Assembly (NCBI GenBank): GCA_963924565.1
Contig: OZ004611.1
Location: 29,574,001-29,638,000 of the forward strand
Direction of reading: 5' to 3'
From: Ascidiella aspersa
Taxonomy: Eukaryota
Length of the DNA stretch: 64,000 nt
The position numbers and the translations under genes are program-made. The first letter of the stretch is position 1, and each line of letters starts with the position of its first letter. Below the pieces are notes generated by a model. It was not told where the DNA came from, searched no databases, and saw only the letters and a list, made by a program, of their open reading frames with translations. Of the stretch, positions 30,595-44,379 are shown piece after piece.

Positions 30595-31218
30595 ACTCCA
30601 TTGGCGATAGTTCTAACTGACTTTAAGAAAGCTTTTGATATGGTTGACCACAATTTAATGTTTACAATTTTAGAAAAAATGAAAAATCCATTATAAAATG
30701 GGTACATATAATATATTATAATATAGACAGCAAAATTTTAATAAATGGTACGCATACCTCTCCAATTCATATCAAGCGAGCATCCTCATTGGGGAAACCC
30801 TGGCAAGAAAATAAACAGTACGAAACAACTCAGCGGCATTACTTTTAATAATATGAACATTCGTCTTCAACAATATGCTGACGACACAATTCATTTTTTC
30901 TTTCAAACTCTAATGACGTAAAAACATTATTTACGATACAAAACAATTACGAAGAAGCCACGGGTCAAACACTAAATATGTCTTAAACAGAAATCTTAAC
31001 AACCATTTATTCCGAATATATTACTAATTTTCTTTGGCACCCCGAATATTTTAAAACGTTTAAGCGAACCAAATGAATTATGCCTATAGGTAAGGGAGGT
31101 TTAAATGTCCCAGACCTGTACACCAAAATTCTTGCCGCTAATCTAGAAAGATTTAAATATATTAAAAACATAGAAAATCCGAATCAATTCTTTTTCACCT
31201 ATCAATTAGGTTTCAAAA
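30595..31218 (+). pseudogene. Decayed RT domain of the Tx1-like ORF2
   Basis: LAIVLTDFKKAFDMVDH, QQYADDT (~30868), GGLNVPDL (~31095). Confidence 0.8.
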
Positions 31219-31269
31219 TTATGTGACCCGTGTGTTCCGAATGCAATATTCGCGGACATTGGGCCCAAG

Positions 31270-32740
31270 CACCGAAATTGTATTCACTGCAATCTTTAAA
31301 ATGAACTGTGACATTGGATCAGTGTTAACTTCTAGTAAAGAGACAATTTCTGAGTTCACAGCTGAGGAGCTTAAAATTATTAGAAGAAGGTGTAGACTTA
31401 CAGACAATCTTACAACCCTGTGGGTTGTCATACAACAAAGTATTTACAACATTATGCATATCATAACAATTTGCTGTGACCTATAATTCAGCAGCCACAA
31501 AAAAATTTATCTTCAGTTTCTGTTTGGAACATCCATATTTTGATCTGGTGCCAGGAAAAAAATTCTGCCATCGTTATCTGTTTCTAAAGGTTTTTTACAG
31601 TAGAAGCACAAAGTTCTTTAATCTGTAGTGCTTAAACTTTTTAAAAATAAAATTCCCATTGTTAAAAAAGTAGTGTGTTTACAGATGGTGCTGCTGGACA
31701 ATATATAAAATCAGAAAAAATCTCCGAAATCTAATGTTTTAACACGACTTTAATTTATATGTTAAATGGCATTAAGGACAATGTGACGGGTTAGGTGGAA
31801 CTGTAAAAAGATTGGCTGCTCGGACAAGTCTGCAGAAAATTGGAAAACATTGTATGCAAACCCCAAAAAAGAGATGCCTGATTGGGCCACATCAAATATC
31901 TGCAATATTAATTTTTCATTTGTATTCAATAAGGAAGTAGAAAAAGAAATGCTTTGTTCCAGAGGAATCTTGCCAGAATCAATGTGTCTGAATTTTTTGC
32001 ATGTTTAGATTATTAAAAGGTCTGGATTTGTGACATTCCTTAAAACAACTATCACACTGGGATGAGCAAAGGGGGGTTGTTACTAGCAAATACAACAACC
32101 AATGGTGGCTTTCCTGTATTTTAGACCTATTAAAGAAATCAGATGAAGTGATGGTTACTTTTCTACAAGTTTATATCCATCAGCGGCCACAGAAAGAATT
32201 TGTTAATTGACCAGCAAAGAACAACAAAATGCATAACATGTCACTACAGAAATGTGGAGTGGAATTTTGTTTTGTACTTGCAATTTAGTTAGGTCCAATG
32301 AAGAAATGGCTTAGAAAGTGGCAATGTATGTTATAGATAAATTTCCATAATTGAATAAAAGCAAAGAACACCATACCCATTTTCCTGCTAGTTACCTAAC
32401 AAATATAACTTTTTACCCTAAAGAAAAAAAATCGTAAAATAAAAAAGTATCAGAAGTGCCCGTTTTAACGGTTACATTTTTTTAATGTTTACCATGTAGG
32501 GGTTATGTCAGATACTTATGTTCAAAATATTCTTTTTAGGCCTTTAAGGCACAAAGGACACATTACATGTTAATCTAGCTTGTGTATATCCAAAGATATG
32601 GCTGTTTTCATGCAGAAACAGCGCCCTCGAGTTTACCTAAATAACTTTGCAAATACACAACAGACTAGAATAAAATTTGGCACACATCTTCAATTAAAGG
32701 TCCTTTACATATATTTTAATTTTAAAAATTAATCAAACTC
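31270..32740 (+). mobile_element. Heavily decayed DDE transposon remnant, Sola2-like; limits approximate
   Basis: FTDGAAGQY (~31678) and GQCDGLGGTVKRLAARTSLQ (~31776) resemble Sola2-type motifs (family assignment from memory). Confidence 0.55.
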
Positions 32741-33157
32741 TACCACAATATCAACACAGAAGAGCCCGAATTTGATTGGAAAAAAGCCAAATTAAAAACT
32801 ATTTATCATATACTGTACAATCTCGATTAATATTAAAACACCCCTCGACCAGTCACCATCAATCTAAATTGGAACAATATACTTTTACGAGATAATAGGA
32901 AAAAATTCTTCAACAACTCTGAACGACAAACCAACTATTTGATAGCAAATAAAGAATGTTTTTACAAACTTAACAAATTATATAGACTACCCAAGACTCG
33001 ACTATTTATTATACTGTAAATTATGTAAACATGAACGAGAGACAATATTAACCTTCTTCAAATAAATTGCACTTGAAGCTAGCTTACTAAATCTTAAATT
33101 ATTAACTATAGCAAAAAAACTATATTACCACTAGAAACAACAAATTGGACTTAGACA

Positions 33158-33418
33158 ATGAATACATTTTCCACCAAGACCAATTGCAAGAACTTTAAAC
33201 CGCACCACAAACCTTTACATCAAAGGCGTTGCCACATATGCTGTCACAAGAACTTTGAGTATCAAATTCGACTTGACGAAATACATCATATTATACAAGT
33301 ACTCACGTGCTCGGAGTGCGGCATCCGGGGGCACTGGGCGAACGTCTGCTGCCCCAACAAAAAATACCCCGCTACCAAACAGCAGCATTCTCCTGCGAAA
33401 AGAGACCCCAGTGACTAG
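33158..33418 (+). CDS. Small 86-aa ORF with CCHC zinc knuckle immediately after the Tx1 ORF2 remnant
   Basis: CSECGIRGHWANVC (CX2CX4HX4C), preceded by CHICCH; ATG start. Confidence 0.45.
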   Translation: MNTFSTKTNCKNFKPHHKPLHQRRCHICCHKNFEYQIRLDEIHHIIQVLTCSECGIRGHWANVCCPNKKYPATKQQHSPAKRDPSD

Positions 33419-36400
33419 GCGTAAAACTGTCAAAATGTTTGCCAAAGTCGACAAATGTCGTGCATTGTTAACCTCGCGAGTGAAGCGCCTTTAGTCAAAG
33501 ATTGAATTGTCCTCTAATTTTGTCGTCCATTGGTATTACTGGAAAAGGCATCACCCAAACTGGGCGTCAGGCGATAAACTTGCGAGTGGCTTCTTCCAGG
33601 CAGCTAGAAAAACCGTCAGAATGATTTAATAACAAACATAAAATGAAGGCTTTACTTTGGGTCAGATAAGATTTAAACAGCCGATCTGCGCTGCAGGCTT
33701 TCATCGACGCAACAACCTTTTTTTATCTTGGGAATATCGTCCATAGCACATGGTGCAGGCAAAATAATTAACGCCGCAGGTAAAAATGTTGACCTGCGTC
33801 TTTGTTTGACGTGCAATTTTAAACACACGGTCACAGAAGCAATATAGTATTTTTATAAGAGTGGTAGAAAAGCAGACCACGGATGCACAATGTAAAAAGG
33901 CTGTGTCGGAAATTTAATCGGCTGGGAAGTTTCAAAACTTGTCAAACGAAGCAAGCCGTGTTTACAAATAGCTAGTCGGGGACAAATGTACGGTCTTCTT
34001 CATGGTGGCTATGTGTTAGATAAAAATATAAAGTACGGCAAATGACGATTTCTGCAAAACATTGATCTTGAAATCAGCCTTTATCCAGCAAACTGTGTTA
34101 ATTTTCCAATCGAAATAATCGTTTAGCAGTATTTCTGATAAATTTCCTTTTGTTGAATACTTTTTGGGTGTCTACCTATTTTGAGAAAAATACAGTCGTT
34201 TGTTCCAGGGTGCAGGTACATCGAGTCAACTGCATTCATGAAAAATCCAACAAAGCTTTCTGTTCTTCAAATACAGTTTTGTTCAGCCACTGCCCTTTAT
34301 GAACACACTGTTTGACAATGTAATCCGTTAGAAAATTCCATATTTCTGTCATGTCTAAATGACTTGCACCAAAGTAAACAAAGCTTTAGCAAAAGCTACA
34401 AGCAGCTCCGCACGTGTCGAGTCCAAAATAGAAATGGACGAATTAGCGAGAAACGTTAAAAGCGCGTGAAAAGAAAAAAGGCAGCGCAAGAGAGAGACCC
34501 ATGTCTCTTCTACACGTGCGCAGTAGTGCAACAATAAAAACATTAGATTTTTTACTTTGTTTGTTTCCCTGCTGGTAAATGCTCATGGTTATCAGACTTG
34601 TTATTAAAATAGTTTTTATTGACAATTTCAAATTAAGGTGGTCCGTGATATTGTATATAAAACCTTTCAAGAAAAGTGAATAGAAAACTTTTTACTGAAC
34701 CAACAATGAAGAGTTGTAGAAGCTATTAGGCAAGGACTTTTTGCAATTGTGTCCATAACCAAGTTTATATCGTAGAATAGCCGCTTTTTCTCTATACCAA
34801 ACTTGTTTTTTTTTTATTATTTACATGGTAAATTTAATGGAATTTATAATGTACCAGAGATGGAGGAAAAGAGGACTTAATGTATATGTTGTTGGTAAGT
34901 TTTTTAAAATGAAGAACCGCTGATGAGCTTACTTAAAACCACTTAAAAAAGGCATTCAAAAACACTTTGGGAAATCTTTCGCTAGATAAAGCCTGGTTAA
35001 AATTGACGAGACCAACGTCGAACTATTATATCGTCCAATGTATATATTAATAAATTAATGAAAGAAGCCCAATGCGTTGACAAAATAATGTTCATATATT
35101 GGCCCATTGTCTGCTGGATGTACTTATAAACCATCCAAGTATGCCCTACATTTATTTTTCTGATGTATAAAAAACAGTGTTCGGTATCAGGTAGTGGCAA
35201 GTTTCTTTACACAAAAGGAAATGGCGAATTGTGGACAATGTAAAAAGGCCCCTCGGAAGTTTCGAAACATGTCAACTGAAGCAAGGGTGAAATGTATTTT
35301 ATTGCTTAGGTTTCCAATAAAAATATCAAGTACGGCAAATGACCATTTCTGCAAATTGCCAACATGTGTTATATATTTCAAAGGCAATAAATCTTTAAGC
35401 AGTATTTCTGACAAATTTCCCTTTGTTGCACTACCTTTTTGCTGTCTAAACCTATTTGAGAAAAAGTATAGTTGTTTGTTCCACCAGGGTGTAGGAACAT
35501 CAAGTCAATTGCGTTCTTAAAAATCCAACAAAGCTTTGCACATAGACTGTTTGTGTCAACTTATCATGCTGCTGATTTTTATACAAAACCAGCGAAGCAC
35601 AATTTTGTGTTCTTCAAATACAGTTTCGTTTAGCCACTGCCCTTCATTTTTTAAGGACACGCTGTTTGACAGCGTAATCCGTTTAAAATTTCTATATTAT
35701 CTTGATGTCATGTCAAAATGACTTACAACACAGCAATTTTTTTGTCCGACCAAGCTTTAGCAAAAGCTACGAGCAGCTCTGCACGTGTCGAGTCCAAAAT
35801 AGAAATGGACCAATTAGCGAGAGAAACGTTAGAAGCGGGTGAAAAGAAAAAAAAGGCAGCGCAAGAGAGAGATACCCATGATGTCTACACGCGTGCAGTC
35901 GTGCAACAATGAAAACATTAGCTTTCGGCACCAACTATTTGTCATACAAGAAGCTGTACTGTTAAATAGTTTGTTATTGTAATGTAATACCATGCTTTGT
36001 TTGATGCTAGATAACTTCGTCATAATCTTCCAAAATTTGAACACACTTTTAGCATCTGTATAGAATTGAAAAAAATTGTTACGAACTAGCTATATGTTTC
36101 TAATAAAGAGTTACACAAATGCAATGTACTAAACTATTTGCATACATTTACGTTTATTACAAATTCCCATTCCTACTTTTTGGTTGAAAAACCTCTTCCG
36201 TTTCGATTTCATTACCAAACTTTAATAAATAAATTATAATTAATTTAGATAGTCACTAACCATAGTAAAATTGTGCTGTTACTTTACACCTCTACTCAAC
36301 AAATAAATTAGTAATAATGATTTTTCACATTCTTAACCTGCTAAATAAATAAACCAATGTACATTTTTCTGGCTTGTGTGTAGACAACTAAGGTATTGTG

Positions 36401-37323
36401 ATGCTTATACATGGTAAAAAGTGGAAATCCCAGACATGCCAACATTTTTAGGAAGCATTTTTCGGTGTGTGAGCACACCCTAATTACACTTTTTCATGGT
36501 TTGGAAAGACCTCTGTCTTTGAATGTCAAAAAGCTAGGCTGTGCTAACAATTTATGGAAACCAAGTGCCAAGGAACATGCTCAATGAGGTTATATTTTTA
36601 GGTAATGCCAAATCGGTTAACATAACCTCGGTATAATTTGTTTTACAGGTGTCGCTTATTGCATCCTTTTTGGAGCAGTTACCATTTTTGTACCCTTTAT
36701 TACAACTTCAAGACGCTTGTAGGCTGTTGGGGTGTTACTGCAGCCACCAGCAGGTCGGACAGCAATGAAAAACAATTTCAGGTGATCTTGTGGCTATTGC
36801 ACATTAACAAAAACTTAGTGGGACATTGGCTCTGCCTACTAAATTAACAAACAAACTTTTGGTACTCTGGATGCAGGCTAAAGAAACAACGAAACCAGTT
36901 TGTGCAGTGGAGTGCTGTCAGTTGATTTTAACAAAAGGATCCCATACAAACTTTTTCGCGTGAGAAACTCACAGTTGGTGCACATCCTTTGAACAGCCAC
37001 ACTAGAACTTAATGCTTGTGCTGCAAGAGATTTACTTTCTTTTTTTTTGCTGCTGCTATTTAATATGGAACAGAACGCTTATTTTGTTGGAGTTATTACA
37101 ATTCAATAATTATATATTGCCATTTAATTTTTCCTTCATCTCCTTCTATCAAAATTCCCCAATCAGCAAAAGCATTTCGAACAAGTTTAAAAATATGGCA
37201 AACATCAAGCAGAACATAAATCCGTTATTTTTCTGATGGTCGAGGGATGTTCAAAGTTTGAAGCAACCTGGTATAATAGACGCACCGAGTTCGCATTTCA
37301 GAGATACTGCCATTGCACTAGAG

Positions 37324-39122
37324 CAGAGGCTCAACCTTTTTTGTCTCATGGCCCATTTTCGTTTTACAAAAATTCTTGTGGCCCAGTAAATTTTTATGAA
37401 AGAAAATAGTATAAAATAAGTTTAGTTAGCACAAACAGAAACAGGGCTTTTCAAGACGTATGATTTTTGCTGCTAGACTTTATCGATCAATTCATCAAGT
37501 TTTGGAGGGGTTGAAGAGAGTGCACAACGCATATCATCTCCCACGTTTAATCGGTTTCGAGCCTTAGTTTTTATTTGCACCAGAGTGGAAAAGCCTGCTC
37601 CGCATAAATACGTACTGCTGAAAGGCAACAGTGTTTTGAGACATTCTTTAACGATGCGTGGGTATGTGAAACAGAGACACATTTGCCCAAAACTCACAGA
37701 TCGATAAAGTCTCAAACATGTCTTTACAGACAGAGTCATTTCTTAAGTCAATAAGCTCGTCCGGAGAACTAAAACATTATTACCCTTGGACAACCAGCGG
37801 ACTTAAGTAAATTTAAGTGTTCAGCTTTCATTTCAAATGCCCCCCATTCTTAACAAAGTTTACTGCCTTGATAACAGTGTTCAAAACATCTTGAAAAGAT
37901 TCTGAAAGAGTTTTCGATGCAAGGGCTTGTCTGTGTATCATGCAGTGCATTGAGACGGCATTGGGTGAACGGCTACGAACTAATGCTTGTAAGCCACTCA
38001 TGGCTCCCAGCATGGCAGAAGCATTCCCACTTGAGTCCTTCTTGGTCGAAAAAAGCATCCAACTTTTCCATTACATCAACGGCTCTCGTATTGGTCTCTA
38101 TAATGCAGACCAAAACAGCATGTTGCTTTTTATGTCCTTTTCTGACGTGTATCTGCAATAAACCAAGAGCTGGAAGCAAGAAGCAACGTCGGTAGTTTCA
38201 TCAAGCTGAATTGAGAACAATCCTAATTAGGATTTTTTTATTTCTGTTATTACATGGTCTTTTATATTGTTGGTATCGTTTGAAAGAGGAATTTGTAGTA
38301 ATTTTGTTTTGCTTTCTTCGCCAAGTACAATTCTAGCCATTTCTGCAGCACATGGTTTAATGAGAGTTTCGCCAATTGTGTGTGGTTTACATTGCTTTGC
38401 GATCATAAAACTGACTTCATAAGATGCTTTAACAATTCTTTTGGAATGTTGCCAGTAATCTCCTTTTGAATCCAAGCGCTGGCGCTTCATATTATCTTCC
38501 TTTAGTTCAAAAAGTTCTCATTTTTATCCTTGTAATTTGGATGAACTTTTTCCAGATGAAGTTTAAGTTTTCAACGAATGATGACCAAGAACTTTAAAAC
38601 ACATTTCATTGTCCTTTTTCTTCTCTGTAGTCATGTATTGATGTAAATCCTTACTTGATGTAATTTTCATTAAACTTTCGTTTTAACATTTTATTTAAGT
38701 GTTTTAAATCTAAATTTAAACTATTTTTTTGTATCCCAGAAGAAGCTGTTTCGGAAATTTATCTATTTATACTTGCAATAACTATGTGTACTAATTATTC
38801 CTGTAGTGATACTGTTATGAACACAACAATGTACCCGTGAAAAGCGTCAACTACTAGTTTCGCTTTCGCTTGGTTTTCCAATCGCACATAAACCACTCGT
38901 GTTTACCTTACCACGTTTTATTTCAAATGCCCTGCTTTAACACAGTAAACGTCACGCCACTTTTGAGGCATTGTGACGTAACACCGAACTGTTAGTTGTA
39001 AATGTCATAAACAAAGAATGTTAAATACAACCGTTAGAAACTAATGGCACAAATAAAACTAAATTCGTATATAAATCTAGCTTTTTTATAATGGTCTATG
39101 GCCCACTGGTTGAGAACCGCTG
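37324..39122 (-). mobile_element. Decayed, internally deleted Buster-type hAT element
   Basis: Ends CAGAGGCTCAACC / GGTTGAGAACCGCTG; transposase pieces KPHTIGETLIKPC, HCMIHRQALASK, LLPFSSTYLCGAGFS. Confidence 0.82.
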
Positions 39123-40289
39123 GTCTAGCTAGTCTTGTGATGTATCTTGTTACATCATAAAGCATCTATTATGCTGTACTATACCTGCTATCAGCGAATC
39201 GTTAGCATTAGTCAGAAAGTTGTTACATTAGAGAGAATTGTGACTGCACTAGTGTACTACAAGAAACATGGATTAACTGACCGTTGAATTTTTATAGGGC
39301 CGCGAAATATTAAAATAATTGCAACGGGTGTCCACCAGGCGAAATTTTTAGAAAAGTTTGGGAACCACTGAGCTAGACTATAGCGGCTGGAATCACCGCT
39401 TTGTAATATCGCGTGTGTAGTGAGATTTGCGAAATTCCATGGGCAATGTGACCCACAATAAACTAGAGAATCGACAGCCCCCACCCCCTTACTAATACTC
39501 GCAGCGTTACTGCTGACAGAATTGGTGTCTGACACCGCTAATATAGCGATACAGATTATATGTTTGCTAAATACCCTTAACGCCAAATGCTAATAAGCTT
39601 ACCGAATTGTGCATGAAATTTATCGCCCTGTATCTCTGTAAATCGATGTATCGCATTTCATCAATGTACGTTCGTAACTTATTTGTGTAACAAAGGGTTC
39701 GAGCAACCAAGACAAATAAGTGTTGAAAAATTGTTTATAGAACAGACGACCTGAAGCCGTAGCTATTGAAGGCCAAGAATTGATTGTTTCCTGAATTGTA
39801 TTTTCAATCGTGTGTGTACATATGAACCGTAGAGAAAAATCTTTTAAAAATTAGCCCCCCCAAAAAATTATAAAAACGCCCATAAAACCCTACTTCTACG
39901 TCACTATACACTAGACCGTTTTCCACTGAAGCGTCAGCCAACGGCTTTTTCGCGTTTCTCGATGGGTTCTACTTAATGGTTTTTATTGAATACGTCTTCT
40001 AAATGCGGCTTGAATCACCGATTTGTCACATCATTGTGTTTCTGAGATTTGTGAATATACTCAACGGGCAATTATCTACTGAGTGAAGTGTGACTTGATC
40101 TAGTGTTCAAGAAGTTAAGGACAGGTATTTTTGCGGCCTGTTCCTTTGGAGTCAGATTAAGGACTTATAAGGGATTTAGGCAGCCGTCGGTTCTCGTCTA
40201 TAGAGCCAGCGCCCTCTTACTCCTAACTACAGACCTCGATTCGCTAAAGGCGCCAGGATTTAAAAAAAAGTGGTCCTTTAATTTTTTAC

Positions 40290-40397
40290 CTGATAACCAA
40301 CTATGTTTTTTGCACACAAGATTTGTTTTATAAGTAGCATCCATAGGTGCACCATCATTACAACTTGTGTCTAACTTTGGCAAACTATTTGTGTTCG
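40290..40397 (-). CDS. Possible downstream exon of the lectin gene
   Basis: TATAG|..|GTAAAA, 108 bp, open in phase 1-1 and compatible with the preceding exon; no domain recognised. Confidence 0.35.
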
Positions 40398-41512
40398 CTA
40401 TATGAGGTCTAAAAACATAATATGGTCGTCATTATGAGCTTGGTCCACTAATAACTGGAGATTTTAGCGCACCCCGGCGCCTTGTGAAAAACTCGCAAAA
40501 GTAATTTTGAATGACCTTTTTTTCACGGAAAAAATCTTCTATTTGAGCTCATTGGAATTTCCTTGTTTTTTTAAAAGTTAAGTTTAGTCCCATTTATGTT
40601 ATGTACCCTCCATTGTTAACCATTTCATCAACCTTCGGAAAGCTGTCTATTAAAAAATTAATGTAAATTTTAGTTAATTTAAGTTTAACAACGAATGCTA
40701 CTATTTGGCCCATGTTAAGCTGTCCTAAGACATGTCCAGAATGTTCATTATCATCCGGCTTCCTTGACTAAATTTTATATCTTTTATCCAAAGTTAAGTT
40801 CTCTATTAAAAGAGTACTGATGATAAAAATAAGAAGCCATAAAAGTATTTATCAGAGATAAGGCTAATTATGGAGAAATGGAAAATACTGCTGCTGTAAA
40901 TTAAATACGAATTACAACGCTAGAAAGAGTCTATGCATAAACAGTTTAAGTTTAATAGCAGCCACTTTACCCGAAATCTATAATAACTCGCCCAATATTT
41001 GAAAGTTGGCATTTTTAGTCTCTTAGTCGAAACAAAGAATTTAAATTAATACCCTTTATTCCGAACGACTGGTAGGTAGATGACTTTTACAACATGAATA
41101 TTGGGACACAAAAATTAGCATTCACATTCTTATACGAATAAATTGCGATTAAATAAAATTTATTTTGTATTGCTGTTTAATTGTAGTCTACTTGAAATGG
41201 CTTTTTGGGGGGCTATTTATTTAACTCTAAACGACTGGCAAGCAAATAAATGTAGAAAAAGCAATGTTTTTCGGTAATGATAAATTGTTGTACACCAGTT
41301 TATAAGGTTTAAAATTATCATTTAAAAAGTGACAATTTCCTTCTATTCAACATTAAACACTGTATTTTTAATTTTTCTCTTTGAAAAGTAAAATTTTATT
41401 GTGTGAGTGAATAGCAGATAAACTCAATAGCAGCGATTAATAAGAAGATGCTGTATGTGGTTGCCATACCTTTTAAAACTCGACGACATAAAAAACTAAT
41501 TACACCGATTAC

Positions 41513-41748
41513 ATTGAGCTTCGCATAAGGGAAGAACATCAACATCGCTACAAGGAAGGTCGACCATCACAAATTCGCTGCCTGAATGTTCAAGTGCAAC
41601 GCAGTTGCCTGATCCGTCCGGCTCGTTACTGCCAAAGAAAGTTGTTCCAGTGGAAGGAAAGCCATCAACCCAAACGAAGTCACCCACGATTGTTCTGCTT
41701 AAACCTATCCAATACTTCTTGGTTGTGTCAAGAAACATTACTAAACGG
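41513..41748 (-). CDS. Exon: C-terminal half of a C-type lectin domain
   Basis: YWIGL, WVDG, NEPD, C..DLPC..LPLCE; AG/GT borders; in frame with exon 43089-43236. Confidence 0.88.
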
Positions 41749-43088
41749 CTGAAATACAAGATAGTGCCAGTTAGAAAGTGCAAGGAAGAGTATGGGTGCA
41801 TTTTTTTTAAGGTGGAACTAGTTTAAACGTATTTTATAGTAAATTGTTTCCATTGGGCATTTAAGTTAGTTCAACATTACAGGTTTAGTACTAATGCAGT
41901 TAAAATAGTAGGTCTTGTTATGTATAAAGTAGCCATAGTATATTAAAATTAAAATTGCTTTTCACATAAACAATGAAATATTATCGCGAAGTATTTTTTA
42001 CAGGTTGTCTTTGTGAATGTAGATAGGCCAAGATGCGATTTCGGCCAAATTGATTTAACATTTTTGCGCCGAACGATACTTTGTAATTTTGGCGACTGTG
42101 AAAGAGGGTTTGAGGTTTTAACGTTTGAGGAGAGATTTAAATAAGGTAAACGTATCATCTTAACATTTTACGTCTGTGCTTAAAAAAACACGTCTTCTCC
42201 AAAATTAATAGCAGCAGGTTTCTAGAGCTTACTTTCGACGTTACTTTTTGAAGAAGCTATGAGTGTTTGCGAAATAATTAATAATTCAATGTAGAGCACA
42301 TGTCGACAAAAATCACTAGTTTAACTCATATCAGCGTGATTTTCTTTTCAATACTTTTATATATAATCGGTTTGTTTAACAGGATTGTAATTTATAGCGT
42401 GGGCCTGTTTCTGCGAAGTATTAAGTAGAACCCCAATGTCAATTTCGTTCTTATCCAAACAGGTCCAGATATAGCACTAAAATAAACTGAAAAAAAGTGT
42501 TTGGTGTTCCGCATAACCCAGTTAGTGCATTTTTCTAAATTTTTGCTTGTTTCCTGCATAAGATGTGTTCCGCGGTTCAAAAAAAAAACACCCTGATTAA
42601 GTATCTCCCAAAAAGCGCGCGGGGAAAAAATCGCTTATTTGGTTTAACTAAATCATTCGGCCGAAATAGCATTTTGTAGAGTCCCAGTCCACACAACTAA
42701 ACAGCGTCCTCATGCTGAAAACATTCGCAGACCATATACGATACATAGCTTGGTAGAAAATAAAAAAATGAAGTTTGAGATGGGGCACTTGGTGCAGCAA
42801 TAAAAGGGTAGCAATCTATAAACCTGGCGATCGGTTCGTGAGCCAATCAGTTTTTTTGTTTTCATTTTATCACTGTTACCAAATAAGATTGTGGGCGCCA
42901 ATAAAATGAGTTGCCCGCGATCCTGAGTTAGACCACTCTAAACAGAGTATCAGAATGTGTTACTAAAAAAGTTTTTCTCTAATGTTTAGGCTTTTTATCT
43001 TTGAATTTGATTTCTCGGGAATATTTCACAAATAAACCTTTGGGTGAAATTAAACCCGACACTACTTAAATCTAAGAAGGGCTGTTAC

Positions 43089-43236
43089 TCGAAGACGTCG
43101 TCGCGGCATCTTATCCCAGCAGCCGCAAGGTCGCTACCTCCAAGTGCCGGACATGCCAAAGTTCTCGCATTCGACCAACTGACGCCAGTCGTTCCACGAG
43201 GGTAAAAGCTCAAACCGTGTTTACACGGATGACAAC
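43089..43236 (-). CDS. Exon: N-terminal half of the C-type lectin domain (missed by ORF track)
   Basis: GCHPCKHGLSFYPRGTTGVSWSNARTLACPALGGSDLAAAGIR; phase 1 to phase 2; canonical splice sites. Confidence 0.82.
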
Positions 43237-43639
43237 CTGAAGGCAATACATACGAGTTGTATTATAATACATTATGTATTAATTGTAAAAACATATGAAT
43301 TTCTAAATACAAATAAATTGTATAAGATATGAACTAGATGGGGTATTTTTCAGAGCCTTATTTGTAAGGGTGATTTGTCAAAATAAATGGTTCATTATAA
43401 TTAGGGTTATTTACCAGGTTGATTCTTGTAGTACTATATATATTACACTTTCGATCTGTCCACTCAATAAAGGTATAGCACTTATACGATGACACCACAC
43501 TTATTTTACGATTTTTTTGATCGCTACCAAGAGGAACACTAAAAATATCTCTCAACATCCAAAGTAAAAATAATCCGTCTTACAAATAACGCAAAACATG
43601 ATTTAATTACTCTTTTTTAATTGATTTCTTGTGTCGTAC

Positions 43640-43819
43640 CTAGGCAAGAGAGGGAAGGAGGTACCCAAACGTTTGTTCCGGTGCAGGTTGTTGTGTCTGG
43701 TTGCCCTGCCACCACCGCCAGATCACACCTGCATTCTATTGTTAGGCTGCCTGTTGCACCACCAGGTGGGATTGTAACGGAGCCACCGAAGGTCATAGGT
43801 GCAATTTGGCAGACGGCAG
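43640..43819 (-). CDS. Exon: sushi/CCP-like domain
   Basis: 180 bp phase 1-1; C..P..G..EC.C..G..TC..W.P..SC. Confidence 0.8.
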
Positions 43820-43975
43820 CTATTAAAACATTAGTTGGAGTTAATAGCAAAATATCAGAACAGGGCTATCCGAAAATTGATGATTTTATTCCCAAAGATT
43901 GACGTTACTGAGCATAACGAAGTAATAGTATTTTTTTCACTTAATCTTTAGTCTTCCTGTTTTGAAAGTCTAAAC

Positions 43976-44379
43976 CAGTGGTTCTCAACTTTTTAAAAAA
44001 AATTACGCAACGGTCCCCCAATTTTTTTTTAAATTGCTCACGATCCATTGAAAATATAAACAAATAAAGACAAAATAACACGTTGTTTTTAATGTGGTAT
44101 CAATGGGACGGGTGCACTTGCTTCTTTGCTATTTACTCGGCTTTGTAACCTCTAACGAATCACGTTATTTAAGTAAAGCAATATAATCATATACAGTTTT
44201 AAAACCGTTACCGTACAGCTTACAGTGGCAACGCAGCAGCTGTAAAATAAACAACTATAATCAGCTTGTTTGGAAAAGTAAGTTGCCTGAAAATTTTAAT
44301 GCACAGAAAAAATTATTCTTCAGGAGCGTCGTGTTGATATTTGTTAGGTGCTTCGCGGACCCCAGTTTGAGAACCACTG
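43976..44379. mobile_element. hAT MITE
   Basis: TIRs CAGTGGTTCTCAA / TTGAGAACCACTG; perfect 8-bp TSD GTCTAAAC. Confidence 0.92.

Larger units (their letters stand above)
22526..33418 (+). mobile_element. Decayed Tx1/L1-clade APE non-LTR retrotransposon with nested insertions; 3' limit uncertain
   Basis: Colinear 5' UTR, ORF1 with two CCHC knuckles, APE domain, GKWKLN linker (~28540), RT pieces (DFKKAFDMVDH, YADD, GGLNVPDL) and C-terminal CKLC..ETI (~33015). Confidence 0.8.

Noticed and set aside
39257-39586. 109-aa ORF as terminal exon of the lectin gene
   Set aside because: Runs into a hAT MITE end (GGGAACCACTG at ~39370); no domain or convincing splice support.
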